Source of the DNA: an uncultured Chthonomonas sp.
GTDB taxonomy: Bacteria; Armatimonadota; Chthonomonadetes; Chthonomonadales; CAJBBX01
Direction of reading: 5' to 3'
Assembly (NCBI GenBank): GCA_903886985.1
Contig: CAISOI010000670.1
Span: 1 to 26,972, forward strand
Length of the DNA stretch: 26,972 nucleotides
In this document: one piece after another, positions 7,806-16,341 of the stretch
Numbering within the stretch: the stretch's first letter is position 1
Layout: each line of letters opens with the position of its first letter
Made by a program: the position numbers and the translations under genes
Notes under the pieces: generated by a model
Database searches by the model: none
Seen by the model: only the letters and a program-made list of their open reading frames with translations
Told to the model about the DNA's origin: nothing

Positions 7806-9620
7806 TTAGCCCTGCAGTTCAGCCCGGAACTGTCGCTCGTAAAGGTGGGCATAACTGCCGCCCTTTAGTAAAAGTTCGGCATGGGATCCCGACTCAACAA
7901 CGCGACCTTTTTCCATTACAATGATTTTGTCAGCTTCAAGAATGGTTGAAAGGCGATGCGCAATAACGATGGTCGTTCGCCCTTTCATAAGTTGATCAAG
8001 CGCTTCCTGCACCAACGACTCGCTCGAAGCGTCAAGCGATGAAGTCGCTTCATCCAAAATAAGTAATCGGGGATCCATCAAAATAGCACGTGCGATTGCA
8101 ATTCTCTGTCGTTCACCACCTGAGAGTCTGACACCGCGCTCGCCAACGATTGTGTCAAATTTGTCCGGCATACCCTCTACGAAATAGGCATTTGCAGCAT
8201 AGGCTGCTGTCTTAATCTGCTCATCGGTAGCACCACGATTTCCATAAGCAATGTTGTCACGCAAGGTACCCGCAAATAGCCAGGTCTCTTGAGGCACAAT
8301 ACCAATCTGCCTTCGCAGCGATTGAATGTCCACATCCCGAATATCGATTCCATCTATCTTGATAGAACCGGCAGTGACATCATAGAACCGAGGAATTAAG
8401 TCCACGACGGTACTCTTGCCTGCCCCACTCTGCCCGACTAGTGCCACAACTTGCCCGGGTAATACTTCAAAGGAGATATCCGTCAGAACCGATTCGCCCT
8501 CGTTGTAATCAAAACTGACGTTCTCAAAACTAACCTTACCAACCAGTTGCGACATTACGATTGCGTCCGGTTTCTGCTGTACATCCGATTTCTGATCGAG
8601 CACTTCTGTAAATATTCGGTTAGAGGCCGAAAGGGTCTGTTGATAGGTTGTGTTTATGCCGCCAAAATCGCTAATGGCTCTCGCAAGCTGTTGGAGCAGC
8701 ATGATAAACATAACCAGTCCACCAGCATCCATCTTACTCTCGAGGGGCAGGTGAAGGTCAGAAAGGTGCTGATTGCGAGCCACTTCGTTTCCACCTAGGA
8801 AGAGCACAAGCGCAATACCAAATGCACCCAGGAATTCTATGATCGGTCTCAATTGGGCTCGTTTCTTTTCGCCCTTAATTACTGCGTGAAATGTTTTCTC
8901 GTTTTCCACACTGAAACGACGTATTTCATGATCCTCGGCGGCAAACGACTTGATAATTCGCACACCCGCAACGGTCTCTTCCGTAATAGTAGAAATATCG
9001 GCTAGCTTGCCCTGGACCAGATCCGAGATACCGCGGATCCGCTTTCCAATTCTGGAAATCACAATTCCCATGAACGGTACAAATATAATGGCGGCGAGGG
9101 TAAGTCTCCAACTGGTATAAAACAGCAGTCCAAAACAGGCAATTACAGAGAGCGGAGCAGTCACGATGTCCCGAACGGACATGGTTGCATTCTGAATAAC
9201 CACCACGTCATTTGTAAGGGTAGACATTATCGCGCCAGTTCTGCGGCGATTGAAAAACGACAGGGACAGCGAATGAAGGTGGGAGAATATCTCATCACGT
9301 AGGCGGGTGGTTACACGTTGGGAGACGAGAGATAAGAAGTAAGTCTGACCGTAACTCAGGATACCCTTGACAATAAAGACGACCACGACAATGATACAGA
9401 TAAGATTAAGAGTGCCAACGTTACCCTTTGCCATGGCGTTCACCGTGAGGCGTGTCGCCACCGCAAGTAAGGCAGTAATCCCTGATACACCGGCTGCACA
9501 GAGCATTCCTGCAATGAGTGTTTTGCGGTGCGGCATCAAGTAAGCGATAAGTCTTTGCCGAATCTCGGCTTCTCTTGCTGGGTCTAAATCAGTCGTTTTC
9601 TTATTCTTAAATAACTGCAT
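7806..9620 (-). CDS. msbA: Lipid A/LPS flippase, MsbA-type ABC transporter (TMD + NBD)
   Basis: Six-TM domain, Walker A GQSGAGKST, Q-loop VPQE, signature LSGGERQR, Walker B LILDEATSSLD, H-loop IAHRLST. The MsbA assignment rests on position between lpxB and waaA. Confidence 0.88.
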   Translation of the reverse strand: MQLFKNKKTTDLDPAREAEIRQRLIAYLMPHRKTLIAGMLCAAGVSGITALLAVATRLTVNAMAKGNVGTLNLICIIVVVVFIVKGILSYGQTYFLSLVSQRVTTRLRDEIFSHLHSLSLSFFNRRRTGAIMSTLTNDVVVIQNATMSVRDIVTAPLSVIACFGLLFYTSWRLTLAAIIFVPFMGIVISRIGKRIRGISDLVQGKLADISTITEETVAGVRIIKSFAAEDHEIRRFSVENEKTFHAVIKGEKKRAQLRPIIEFLGAFGIALVLFLGGNEVARNQHLSDLHLPLESKMDAGGLVMFIMLLQQLARAISDFGGINTTYQQTLSASNRIFTEVLDQKSDVQQKPDAIVMSQLVGKVSFENVSFDYNEGESVLTDISFEVLPGQVVALVGQSGAGKSTVVDLIPRFYDVTAGSIKIDGIDIRDVDIQSLRRQIGIVPQETWLFAGTLRDNIAYGNRGATDEQIKTAAYAANAYFVEGMPDKFDTIVGERGVRLSGGERQRIAIARAILMDPRLLILDEATSSLDASSESLVQEALDQLMKGRTTIVIAHRLSTILEADKIIVMEKGRVVESGSHAELLLKGGSYAHLYERQFRAELQG

Positions 9621-9661
9621 TTTCTTTTCCAGATACTTGCATCACAAACATTTTAATCATT

Positions 9662-11020
9662 TTACGCTAAATGAGCCACTCTTAGCACCAATTCTGCAGT
9701 TCGTTCACTTGCTGTCTTACTATTTTCCCCATCGGTAGTCCCAGGAGGCATCAATTTCTTACGCACGTCTCTCAACTCCTCTTTGCAGCTCAGCCTCAGA
9801 TCAACGTTCAATAGATAGTCGACGGCCGTCGCCGAAAGAGCTTCAGGAGATGCTTCTTCCTGAATAAACTCAGGCACAATACGTCTTCCAGCAATTATAT
9901 TCGGCATACCAATATGCTCGGGTCTTATTCGCCGTATCTTCGATTCCAGATACATTAGCGAAGATCCACAGTAGAGTATTAACATCGGAGTATTTAGGAT
10001 AGCAGCCTCCAATGTCGCTGTACCCGAACAGATCATCAAGAAGTCTGAATGAGCCATCACATCATAGGTATGACCCTGTGTTATAACAAACGCCGGAATT
10101 GTATTCTTTCGAACCGCATAAGTCTCCGCAGCTGTATTTGTCAGCCTTTCCTTGAATGCATCCTGAGAAACTGGCACGCCTTCGGCCGGAACCATCAAGG
10201 GTAGTTGTTTCGAGGAGGTGAGCTTTTTCTCATTGAAGGAGTTGATATCTCGCTCACGGTTCGCTTTATGAAGCAGATCGTTGGTGTAATCCGTAACCAT
10301 TCTCTCTATAGCTTTGCGTGCAGAGTCCGACGCGGCACCTATCACAAACTGCACATTGGGAATGGAAACGGTAATCCGCTGAGCGGCGCGCAGGAGCGCC
10401 ATCGTATTAAACTGCACTTCAAATCCACGGCTTCCGGGCAACAACCCGATCGTAGGGCGGTCAGTGAAAAGCCCGAATTTACTGGCAAACTCTGTGGAAG
10501 TCATTGTCGGTTTTGTCAGCTCAAGAAGTGGATGCCCTACAAACTCGGCATCGGATCCAATGGATTTTAACCGCTCCTCCGACCACGGAAATGGCGTCGC
10601 AATCTTAGTCGTCACCTGTGCGAGCTCAGGCCCGACCGTGCCCTTTTGCCGCCATGAACCCGGTGGAAAGTACCACACAACTGGTATTCCTAATCGCTTG
10701 CAATCCCGCGCGACTTTCATATTGAACACGCCAAAGTCAACCAGAATCACTACTGCGGGTTTTCGGGATTCTATTTTTTTAACTATCGAAGGGTAGGCAC
10801 TCCAACGTAGTTTTGGATAGACTTTCAACACCTCAATGACGCCGATAGCACTCCATTCAGAGCTATCATATTCCAAAGAAACACCGGCAGCCGCCGAATG
10901 GCGACTGCCGATACCCCAAAACTCTATGCCAGGATGAATGCGATTAATCTCAGAAACAAGTGCACCGGCGACTAAATCTCCAGATATTTCGCCCGATATG
11001 ATCGCAATGTTTTGTCCCAT
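9662..11020 (-). CDS. lpxB: Lipid-A-disaccharide synthase (with internal insertion)
   Basis: SGEISGD, VDFGVFN, WYFPPGSW, FVGHPL, LLPGSR, SGTATLE, IGMPNIIAG, VPEFIQ. Start is ATG 11020 or TTG 11041. Confidence 0.95.
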   Translation of the reverse strand: MGQNIAIISGEISGDLVAGALVSEINRIHPGIEFWGIGSRHSAAAGVSLEYDSSEWSAIGVIEVLKVYPKLRWSAYPSIVKKIESRKPAVVILVDFGVFNMKVARDCKRLGIPVVWYFPPGSWRQKGTVGPELAQVTTKIATPFPWSEERLKSIGSDAEFVGHPLLELTKPTMTSTEFASKFGLFTDRPTIGLLPGSRGFEVQFNTMALLRAAQRITVSIPNVQFVIGAASDSARKAIERMVTDYTNDLLHKANRERDINSFNEKKLTSSKQLPLMVPAEGVPVSQDAFKERLTNTAAETYAVRKNTIPAFVITQGHTYDVMAHSDFLMICSGTATLEAAILNTPMLILYCGSSLMYLESKIRRIRPEHIGMPNIIAGRRIVPEFIQEEASPEALSATAVDYLLNVDLRLSCKEELRDVRKKLMPPGTTDGENSKTASERTAELVLRVAHLA

Positions 11021-11062
11021 TGTTTTGTTTCTTTGAACCAATAATTTCTAGGTCGAGAACTT

Positions 11063-11860
11063 CTAACGCTTGGGAACGTTGCCGCGTCCAGAGGAGCCCC
11101 CCTGAGTACCGCGCAGGAATTCAATCAAATACTCCAACTCCTCACAGGTTTCCAATTCATCCTCAATCCTCTCCAATGCCTGCGAAAGGTTAAGATTACT
11201 ACGATAGATTAACTTGTAAGCCTGTCTCAGAATTGATCTGACATGCGGTGGGACGCCGTATCTTCGCAGCCCAATCTTATTGATCTCAATAACGCGGGCT
11301 GGATTGCCGTCCGCCAGCATGTACGGGGGAACATCAATGTTTACTTTCCCAAATCCACCTACCATCGACATCTTGCCGATTCGGCAAAATTGGTGTACAC
11401 CCACCATACCGCCGAAGACAACATTATCTTCTATAAGCACGTGCCCGCTCAATCCGACATAGCTGGAGATTGTATTGGCATTTCCAATCTCGCAATTGTG
11501 ACCTACGTGAACGTATGCCATGAGCATATTGTCGTTGCCCAACCGAGTGGCAACACCTTCGCCTACTGCCCTGTGCAGAGTACAGCATTCCCGAATAATA
11601 TTATTATCACCGAGGATGAGAAGACTTCGTTCCCCTTTATACTTGTGATCCTGAGGTGCCCCACCAAGAACTGCTCCTGGCCAAACTCGGCAATTCTTGC
11701 CGATACGTGTACCGCTCTCAACGATGACATGTGATTCCAAGATTGTGCCCGACGCAATTTGGACGTCGCTGTGGACCACACTGTAGGGACCAATGGTTAC
11801 GTTATCCGCAATACCAGCAGAAGGGTCTACGATAGAAGTTGGATGAATGTTTGCTGGCAT
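11063..11860 (-). CDS. lpxA: UDP-N-acetylglucosamine O-acyltransferase
   Basis: Hexapeptide repeats from IHPTSIVD, PQDHKYKGE, IRECCTLHR, LMAYVHVGHNC, VHQFCRIG, DVPPY, INKIGLRR. Confidence 0.97.
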   Translation of the reverse strand: MPANIHPTSIVDPSAGIADNVTIGPYSVVHSDVQIASGTILESHVIVESGTRIGKNCRVWPGAVLGGAPQDHKYKGERSLLILGDNNIIRECCTLHRAVGEGVATRLGNDNMLMAYVHVGHNCEIGNANTISSYVGLSGHVLIEDNVVFGGMVGVHQFCRIGKMSMVGGFGKVNIDVPPYMLADGNPARVIEINKIGLRRYGVPPHVRSILRQAYKLIYRSNLNLSQALERIEDELETCEELEYLIEFLRGTQGGSSGRGNVPKR

Positions 11861-12322
11861 TTATGCGGCTCCACCTTGCGATTCCCGCGGTTCCCGCGGA
11901 TCCACTAATCCGAAAATCATATCGCATGATGCGACGACTTCATTATCCACTCGCGCACTCATGGAGACCTTGCCGAATGATTTTCGAACACTAGTCACTT
12001 CCACGGTGGTGATCATGGCATCGCCCGGCACGACAGGCTTACGAAATCGCACATTCTCAAGACTCGCTATGACTGCCAACTTGTGTGCTCTTTCCGGATC
12101 GGAAAGTAGCAGCACGCCGCCAACCTGCGCCATTGCTTCGATAATCAAAACACCCGGCATCATAGGTTGACCGGGAAAGTGACCAACAAAGAACTGTTCG
12201 TTAATCGTAACATTTTTTAAGCCGACAGCGCGCTTACCCGGTTCCATCTCCAAAATGCGATCGACAAGCAACATAGGGTAACGATGTGGCAAAATCTTCA
12301 GAATCTGCTCAATATCCAGCAT
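11861..12322 (-). CDS. fabZ: 3-hydroxyacyl-ACP dehydratase
   Basis: LPHRYPMLLVD, GHFPGQPMMPGV, EAMAQ, FRKPVVPGD. AAGGAG SD places the start at ATG 12322 rather than 12421. Confidence 0.97.
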   Translation of the reverse strand: MLDIEQILKILPHRYPMLLVDRILEMEPGKRAVGLKNVTINEQFFVGHFPGQPMMPGVLIIEAMAQVGGVLLLSDPERAHKLAVIASLENVRFRKPVVPGDAMITTVEVTSVRKSFGKVSMSARVDNEVVASCDMIFGLVDPREPRESQGGAA

Positions 12323-13247
12323 GCAACACTCCTTGTGTGTCCGTAACTTCCTGTTCGCGATCCAATGGCATTTCAAACTCGGAGATCGACGGCAACGCGT
12401 TTTTGGCGAGTAGACCGGCAAACTCCGTATTAATTTTGTGGCCCGGGCGAATAGCAGTTATTGATGCAATAATCCGCCCACCGGCAAGGGACAAATCCCC
12501 AAAGAGATCCAAGATTTTGTGGTGTAAACACTCATTACGAACGCGTAGGTCACTAGAAAACCGATCTTGATAGACGATCAAAGCATTATCGAAATTGCCA
12601 CCCAGAGCCAATCCTTGACTTAGCAGCTTTTCGACTTCTTCCTGGAAACCAAAGGTTCTGGCGGGCGCAATTTGTGTTCTATATGTTTCAGCATCATCGT
12701 AAACGGTTTCGACCTGAGTGCCGAGCATAGGGTGGTCAAAATGAGTGATACAAGTTAGAGAAAATTCCTCCGCAGGAGTTGCAACAAGGTAGGAGTCGCC
12801 TCGTTTCAAAACTACTGTCTCCGCAAGCCGTATCAATTTAGAGGTGATTTCATACTGACATATTCCAGACTCCATGATCGCTTCCACCCACGGGCCGGCG
12901 CTGCCATCAAGTATCGGAAGCTCACTACCTTGAACTTCAATTAGGGCGTTGGTTACATTTAGTCCGTTTAATGCGGACAAAATGTGCTCTACCGTGGATA
13001 GATAGACTCCATCTACACCGATACAGGTTGCCCTGTCCGTGTGCAATACATTCTCATGACTTGCCGCAAATTCCGTGCTGCCAACCTTAAATCGGATACC
13101 AGAGTTCGCAGGTGCAGGCGACAAATGTACGACAGAATTCGTGCCGGAATGAATCCCTACTCCCGCCCGCTCTATACGATTGCAAAGGGTCGTCTGAAAG
13201 TACTTTTCGTGGGGATGAATATCGTAATCAAGCCTATGGAATGTCAT
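12309..13247 (-). CDS. lpxC: UDP-3-O-acyl-N-acetylglucosamine deacetylase
   Basis: QTTL, GVGIHSG, TVEHILSAL, PILDGSA, IAPARTFGF, ALGGNFDNA, HKILDLFGDL (Zn ligands), GHKIN. ATGA overlap with the lpxD stop. Confidence 0.97.
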   Translation of the reverse strand: MTFHRLDYDIHPHEKYFQTTLCNRIERAGVGIHSGTNSVVHLSPAPANSGIRFKVGSTEFAASHENVLHTDRATCIGVDGVYLSTVEHILSALNGLNVTNALIEVQGSELPILDGSAGPWVEAIMESGICQYEITSKLIRLAETVVLKRGDSYLVATPAEEFSLTCITHFDHPMLGTQVETVYDDAETYRTQIAPARTFGFQEEVEKLLSQGLALGGNFDNALIVYQDRFSSDLRVRNECLHHKILDLFGDLSLAGGRIIASITAIRPGHKINTEFAGLLAKNALPSISEFEMPLDREQEVTDTQGVLHAGY

Positions 13248-14386
13248 TCTGTTCCCGGGGGATCAAGTTTGCTCGCCAACTGGGCGACCAACTCTTGCAG
13301 TTTTTCGTTTTGTTCTTGTTGAAGAGCAACGACCTTTTCCAGCGCCAGCAGCCTTTTGCGGGTCTCTGGCATCTTATCCATCGCGGCCTCAACTCGCATC
13401 CGTTGCATATGCGGTCTTGCAGGATATCCCGAAACGACCTGTCCAGGCTCTATATCCCCAAAAACGGCCCCGCGCCCCATCACGACCACATTGTCACCTA
13501 TCGTAACGTGGTCCTTTGCACCCGATTGCCCTGCCATAATTACACTGTTTCCCAGCACTGAGCTGCCCGCAATTCCAACCTGAGCAACAATCACGCAGTC
13601 AGTCCCAATTTTAACATTATGAGCTATATGCACAAGGTTATCAATTTTTGTGCGTGCGCCGATCTTTGTACTGCCCGTCTTAGCGCGATCAATTGTGCTG
13701 CCCGCGCCCACTTCAACGTCGTCTTCAAGGACTACGATCCCGACCTGCGGAACCTTAACCCGGCGATTATCCATCAATAGATATCCGAAACCATCCGAAC
13801 CGATCACACATCCAGAATGCAAGATCACTCGGTCTCCAATCAACGCCCCGTGATTAACAGTGACGTTCGCATGGATCAAACACTCTTCGCCAATAACCGT
13901 GCCCTCGCCAATAAACGAGCCCCCCATGATCGTAGTTCCGTCGCCCACATTGACAAAATCGGCCAAAACTACGTTGGGACCAACACGAACACCTTCGCCT
14001 AAAACAATCTCTCGACCCAAAACTGCTGATGGGTGAACTCCAGGACCAATAGAAAGGGGGACATTAAATCGTTCCAGGATCTTCAGGAATGCAAACCGGG
14101 CGTTTTCCACTTTGATAAGGGGCTTGGACGATGAAATCTCGGCATTAGGAATAACTATAGCGATACAGTGCGATTTCTCAGCCTTAGCCAGAAACCGCTC
14201 ATTTTCAGCAAATACAATGTCCCCGTCGACAGCGTCTTCAATACTGGCGATGCCGCGAACTTTAGCATCTGAATCTCCAACTACTTCTCCGCCGACTAAA
14301 TCACCAATCTGCTGCAAGGTGAAAATGGGGGCGTGCCATTGAACAAACTCGGTTTCATCGCGCGTCTGTTCGGTCGGTTTGTTCAT
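13244..14386 (-). CDS. lpxD: UDP-3-O-(3-hydroxyacyl)glucosamine N-acyltransferase
   Basis: N-terminal uridine-binding domain, hexapeptide repeats, GSDGFGY, DRAKTG, KIDNLVHIAHN, GYPARP, C-terminal helical tail. Confidence 0.97.
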   Translation of the reverse strand: MNKPTEQTRDETEFVQWHAPIFTLQQIGDLVGGEVVGDSDAKVRGIASIEDAVDGDIVFAENERFLAKAEKSHCIAIVIPNAEISSSKPLIKVENARFAFLKILERFNVPLSIGPGVHPSAVLGREIVLGEGVRVGPNVVLADFVNVGDGTTIMGGSFIGEGTVIGEECLIHANVTVNHGALIGDRVILHSGCVIGSDGFGYLLMDNRRVKVPQVGIVVLEDDVEVGAGSTIDRAKTGSTKIGARTKIDNLVHIAHNVKIGTDCVIVAQVGIAGSSVLGNSVIMAGQSGAKDHVTIGDNVVVMGRGAVFGDIEPGQVVSGYPARPHMQRMRVEAAMDKMPETRKRLLALEKVVALQQEQNEKLQELVAQLASKLDPPGTE

Positions 14387-14474
14387 ACTGCTTCATTAAT
14401 CCTGTATTGCTGCACTGGCAACAACTCTTCGAGAATTTTGGTTGCACCAACTTATCCAATAGCCTTTATACCTT

Positions 14475-15611
14475 TTATTCCGCCAAATCTCTCCCCGAGA
14501 AATCTGCTGACAGCATGGAGACAACCTTGTCCGTAAAGTCGTTGCCTTTGTTAACTTCTACGTACGTCACCTTCCAATGATTCTTCAGGGCGATTCTATC
14601 CACGCGCCGCTGTAGGTCGCTCTTGATGAAAGCCAACATCTGGTCTCGCATCGCACTTCTTGAAGTTGTAGACGAATCAATTTTGGTGCTTTGCTTGAGG
14701 CTGGGACCCGTAATCTTCAAAGGCATTTGCGATACTTGTCGCATGTTCATCGGAGGACTTACATCCACGGGGTTCACCCTCTTGATTGCTGATGCACTTC
14801 CCAACATTCTTGATCTCACTGATTCCAACAGGACATCGCCCTCACGTCGAAGGGTTATCGAACGTTGTGTAAGAGTTTGCTCGATCACTGACTCCTTGGT
14901 CTGTTTATATTTCGCCAGGTTTTCGTCGAGCTGCGTGTTTTCTGCGAGTATTTGGCTCGGACGCAGTTTCTGTCTTAGGGAATCTATCTCTAAGTTAATT
15001 GCCGTCAATCGTTCAGTAATCGGTATTATCCCTGGAACAGTCAGTACCCTTGCGTTACTCTCTAAAGCAATCTGTTCTACAACCAATTTCCTCAACCTAT
15101 TTCTGATATCGGTGAAATCTTTCGATGGTACGTTCGGTGGTGGAATTGCAAGGAGCCTTACCCGCTCCTGCGCTAGATCTGTGACCAGCCTCTGCTGAAG
15201 GGTATGTCGCTCCCGATCTAATATTCGGCGGATGTGCTCTCGGTTTGAGTTTTCCAAAGTCGTAAGTCCGGCATTGTCTCCGATTGCGACAGACTCCGTA
15301 CCGATTGCTCCCTCCAATGTAGCTGGTTTTACTGGGGGCATAATGTCAGGAAAATTCAGCTTAACCTGAGTGTCGGTCAATTTCGTTCCCGATGAAGTTA
15401 GAGGGACTAAATCGCGCTTATCCATCGCTGTCACATCTGCGTATGCAGGATGAAGCGGCACCAATGCATTGAGTCTTACTTCGACAACAGTCAACCCAGC
15501 AGTATTTCTGGACGACGTAGCACGACATCCAGTAAGAAGAAGCAACGAGGCAAACCCGACGACGAAATGGGGAGCGCATGCGAATGCGCTCCCCATTTTT
15601 GACTTCAACAT
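14475..15611 (-). CDS. Uncharacterised putative lipoprotein with Skp/OmpH-like termini and long helical core
   Basis: ATG 4 nt after the skp stop gives MLKSK...FASLLLLTG/C (lipobox; Cys codon 15525-15527). C-terminal ...IALKNHWKV...DFTDKVV resembles the adjacent Skp ...VAESKNVAV...DITEAVL. Confidence refers to the ORF; function is inferred. Confidence 0.75.
   Translation of the reverse strand: MLKSKMGSAFACAPHFVVGFASLLLLTGCRATSSRNTAGLTVVEVRLNALVPLHPAYADVTAMDKRDLVPLTSSGTKLTDTQVKLNFPDIMPPVKPATLEGAIGTESVAIGDNAGLTTLENSNREHIRRILDRERHTLQQRLVTDLAQERVRLLAIPPPNVPSKDFTDIRNRLRKLVVEQIALESNARVLTVPGIIPITERLTAINLEIDSLRQKLRPSQILAENTQLDENLAKYKQTKESVIEQTLTQRSITLRREGDVLLESVRSRMLGSASAIKRVNPVDVSPPMNMRQVSQMPLKITGPSLKQSTKIDSSTTSRSAMRDQMLAFIKSDLQRRVDRIALKNHWKVTYVEVNKGNDFTDKVVSMLSADFSGRDLAE
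15565..15598. other. Perfect 15-bp inverted repeat (RNA hairpin) in the lipoprotein 5' coding region
   Basis: AAATGGGGAGCGCAT-GCGA-ATGCGCTCCCCATTT. Confidence 0.85.
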
Positions 15612-15615
15612 CAAA

Positions 15616-16263
15616 CTACTTTTTGTTAAGTTCTGCAAGTACGGCTTCTGTAATGTCGGTACCAGCATAAAGTGCAACTTCGCTGTTGAACACAACCGCG
15701 ACGTTTTTGGACTCTGCAACTTTACCAATAGTAGCGCGCACTTTCTTCATGAGGTCTTCCGATTTGCTATTGCCATACTGGGAAAGTTGGTTTGCAAGAT
15801 CTTCTTTAAGACTGGCAAATTTGCCCTGTGCTTCCTGAAAGATCTTGTCGGCTGCAGCCAATGTCGCTTTGTCAGCCGCATTCAAATCCTTCTCCGGTTT
15901 TTGCCGAATTGCTTGAATTTCGTCAGACTTCGTCTTTGCTTTACTTTCAATCGCGGTGATCTTCGCTTTGTCGGCATCGGTTTGCGGAGTCTTCTCGTAG
16001 ATCAAATCCAACTGCTTCTGCTCTTCTTCGGTCAAAAAAGGCATATTGTTTCGACGTTGGAGCTTGTCTTCATATTGCTTCTGCATCACTCGCAATTCCG
16101 CATCCACGGATTCCCTTGCTTTATATCCCGTGGATAACTTCTTGAAATCCACCGTTGCAAAAGTGCCGCCCGACTTACCCTGACCTGAAGCGCCAATAGC
16201 AACCGCAAGGCTCGTCACTATTGTCAACAGGGCCAGTAAGCGGACCCAGTTATTTTTCTGCAT
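15616..16263 (-). CDS. skp: Periplasmic OMP chaperone Skp/OmpH
   Basis: AAGGAG SD, signal peptide, FATVDFKKL, long K/E/Q helical region, KVAESKNVAVVF...GTDITEAVLAEL. Directly downstream of bamA. Confidence 0.92.
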   Translation of the reverse strand: MQKNNWVRLLALLTIVTSLAVAIGASGQGKSGGTFATVDFKKLSTGYKARESVDAELRVMQKQYEDKLQRRNNMPFLTEEEQKQLDLIYEKTPQTDADKAKITAIESKAKTKSDEIQAIRQKPEKDLNAADKATLAAADKIFQEAQGKFASLKEDLANQLSQYGNSKSEDLMKKVRATIGKVAESKNVAVVFNSEVALYAGTDITEAVLAELNKK

Positions 16264-16341
16264 GTAAGGCTCCTTATCTTATCTCGTGAATCAAAATTAC
16301 AAATTTTAATTATCGTGTTTCATCAGCGGTTAAATAGGAAA

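Noticed and set aside
11882-11899. Tandem 9-nt repeat TTCCCGCGG x2 in the fabZ tail (PREPRE)
   Set aside because: Two copies, in frame, in a non-conserved C-terminal tail; not a contingency locus.
12309-12421. LpxC-FabZ fusion by +1 frameshift (fabZ frame is open 33 codons into lpxC; such fusions exist in Bacteroidota)
   Set aside because: No convincing slippery site, and fabZ has its own strong AAGGAG SD and ATG.
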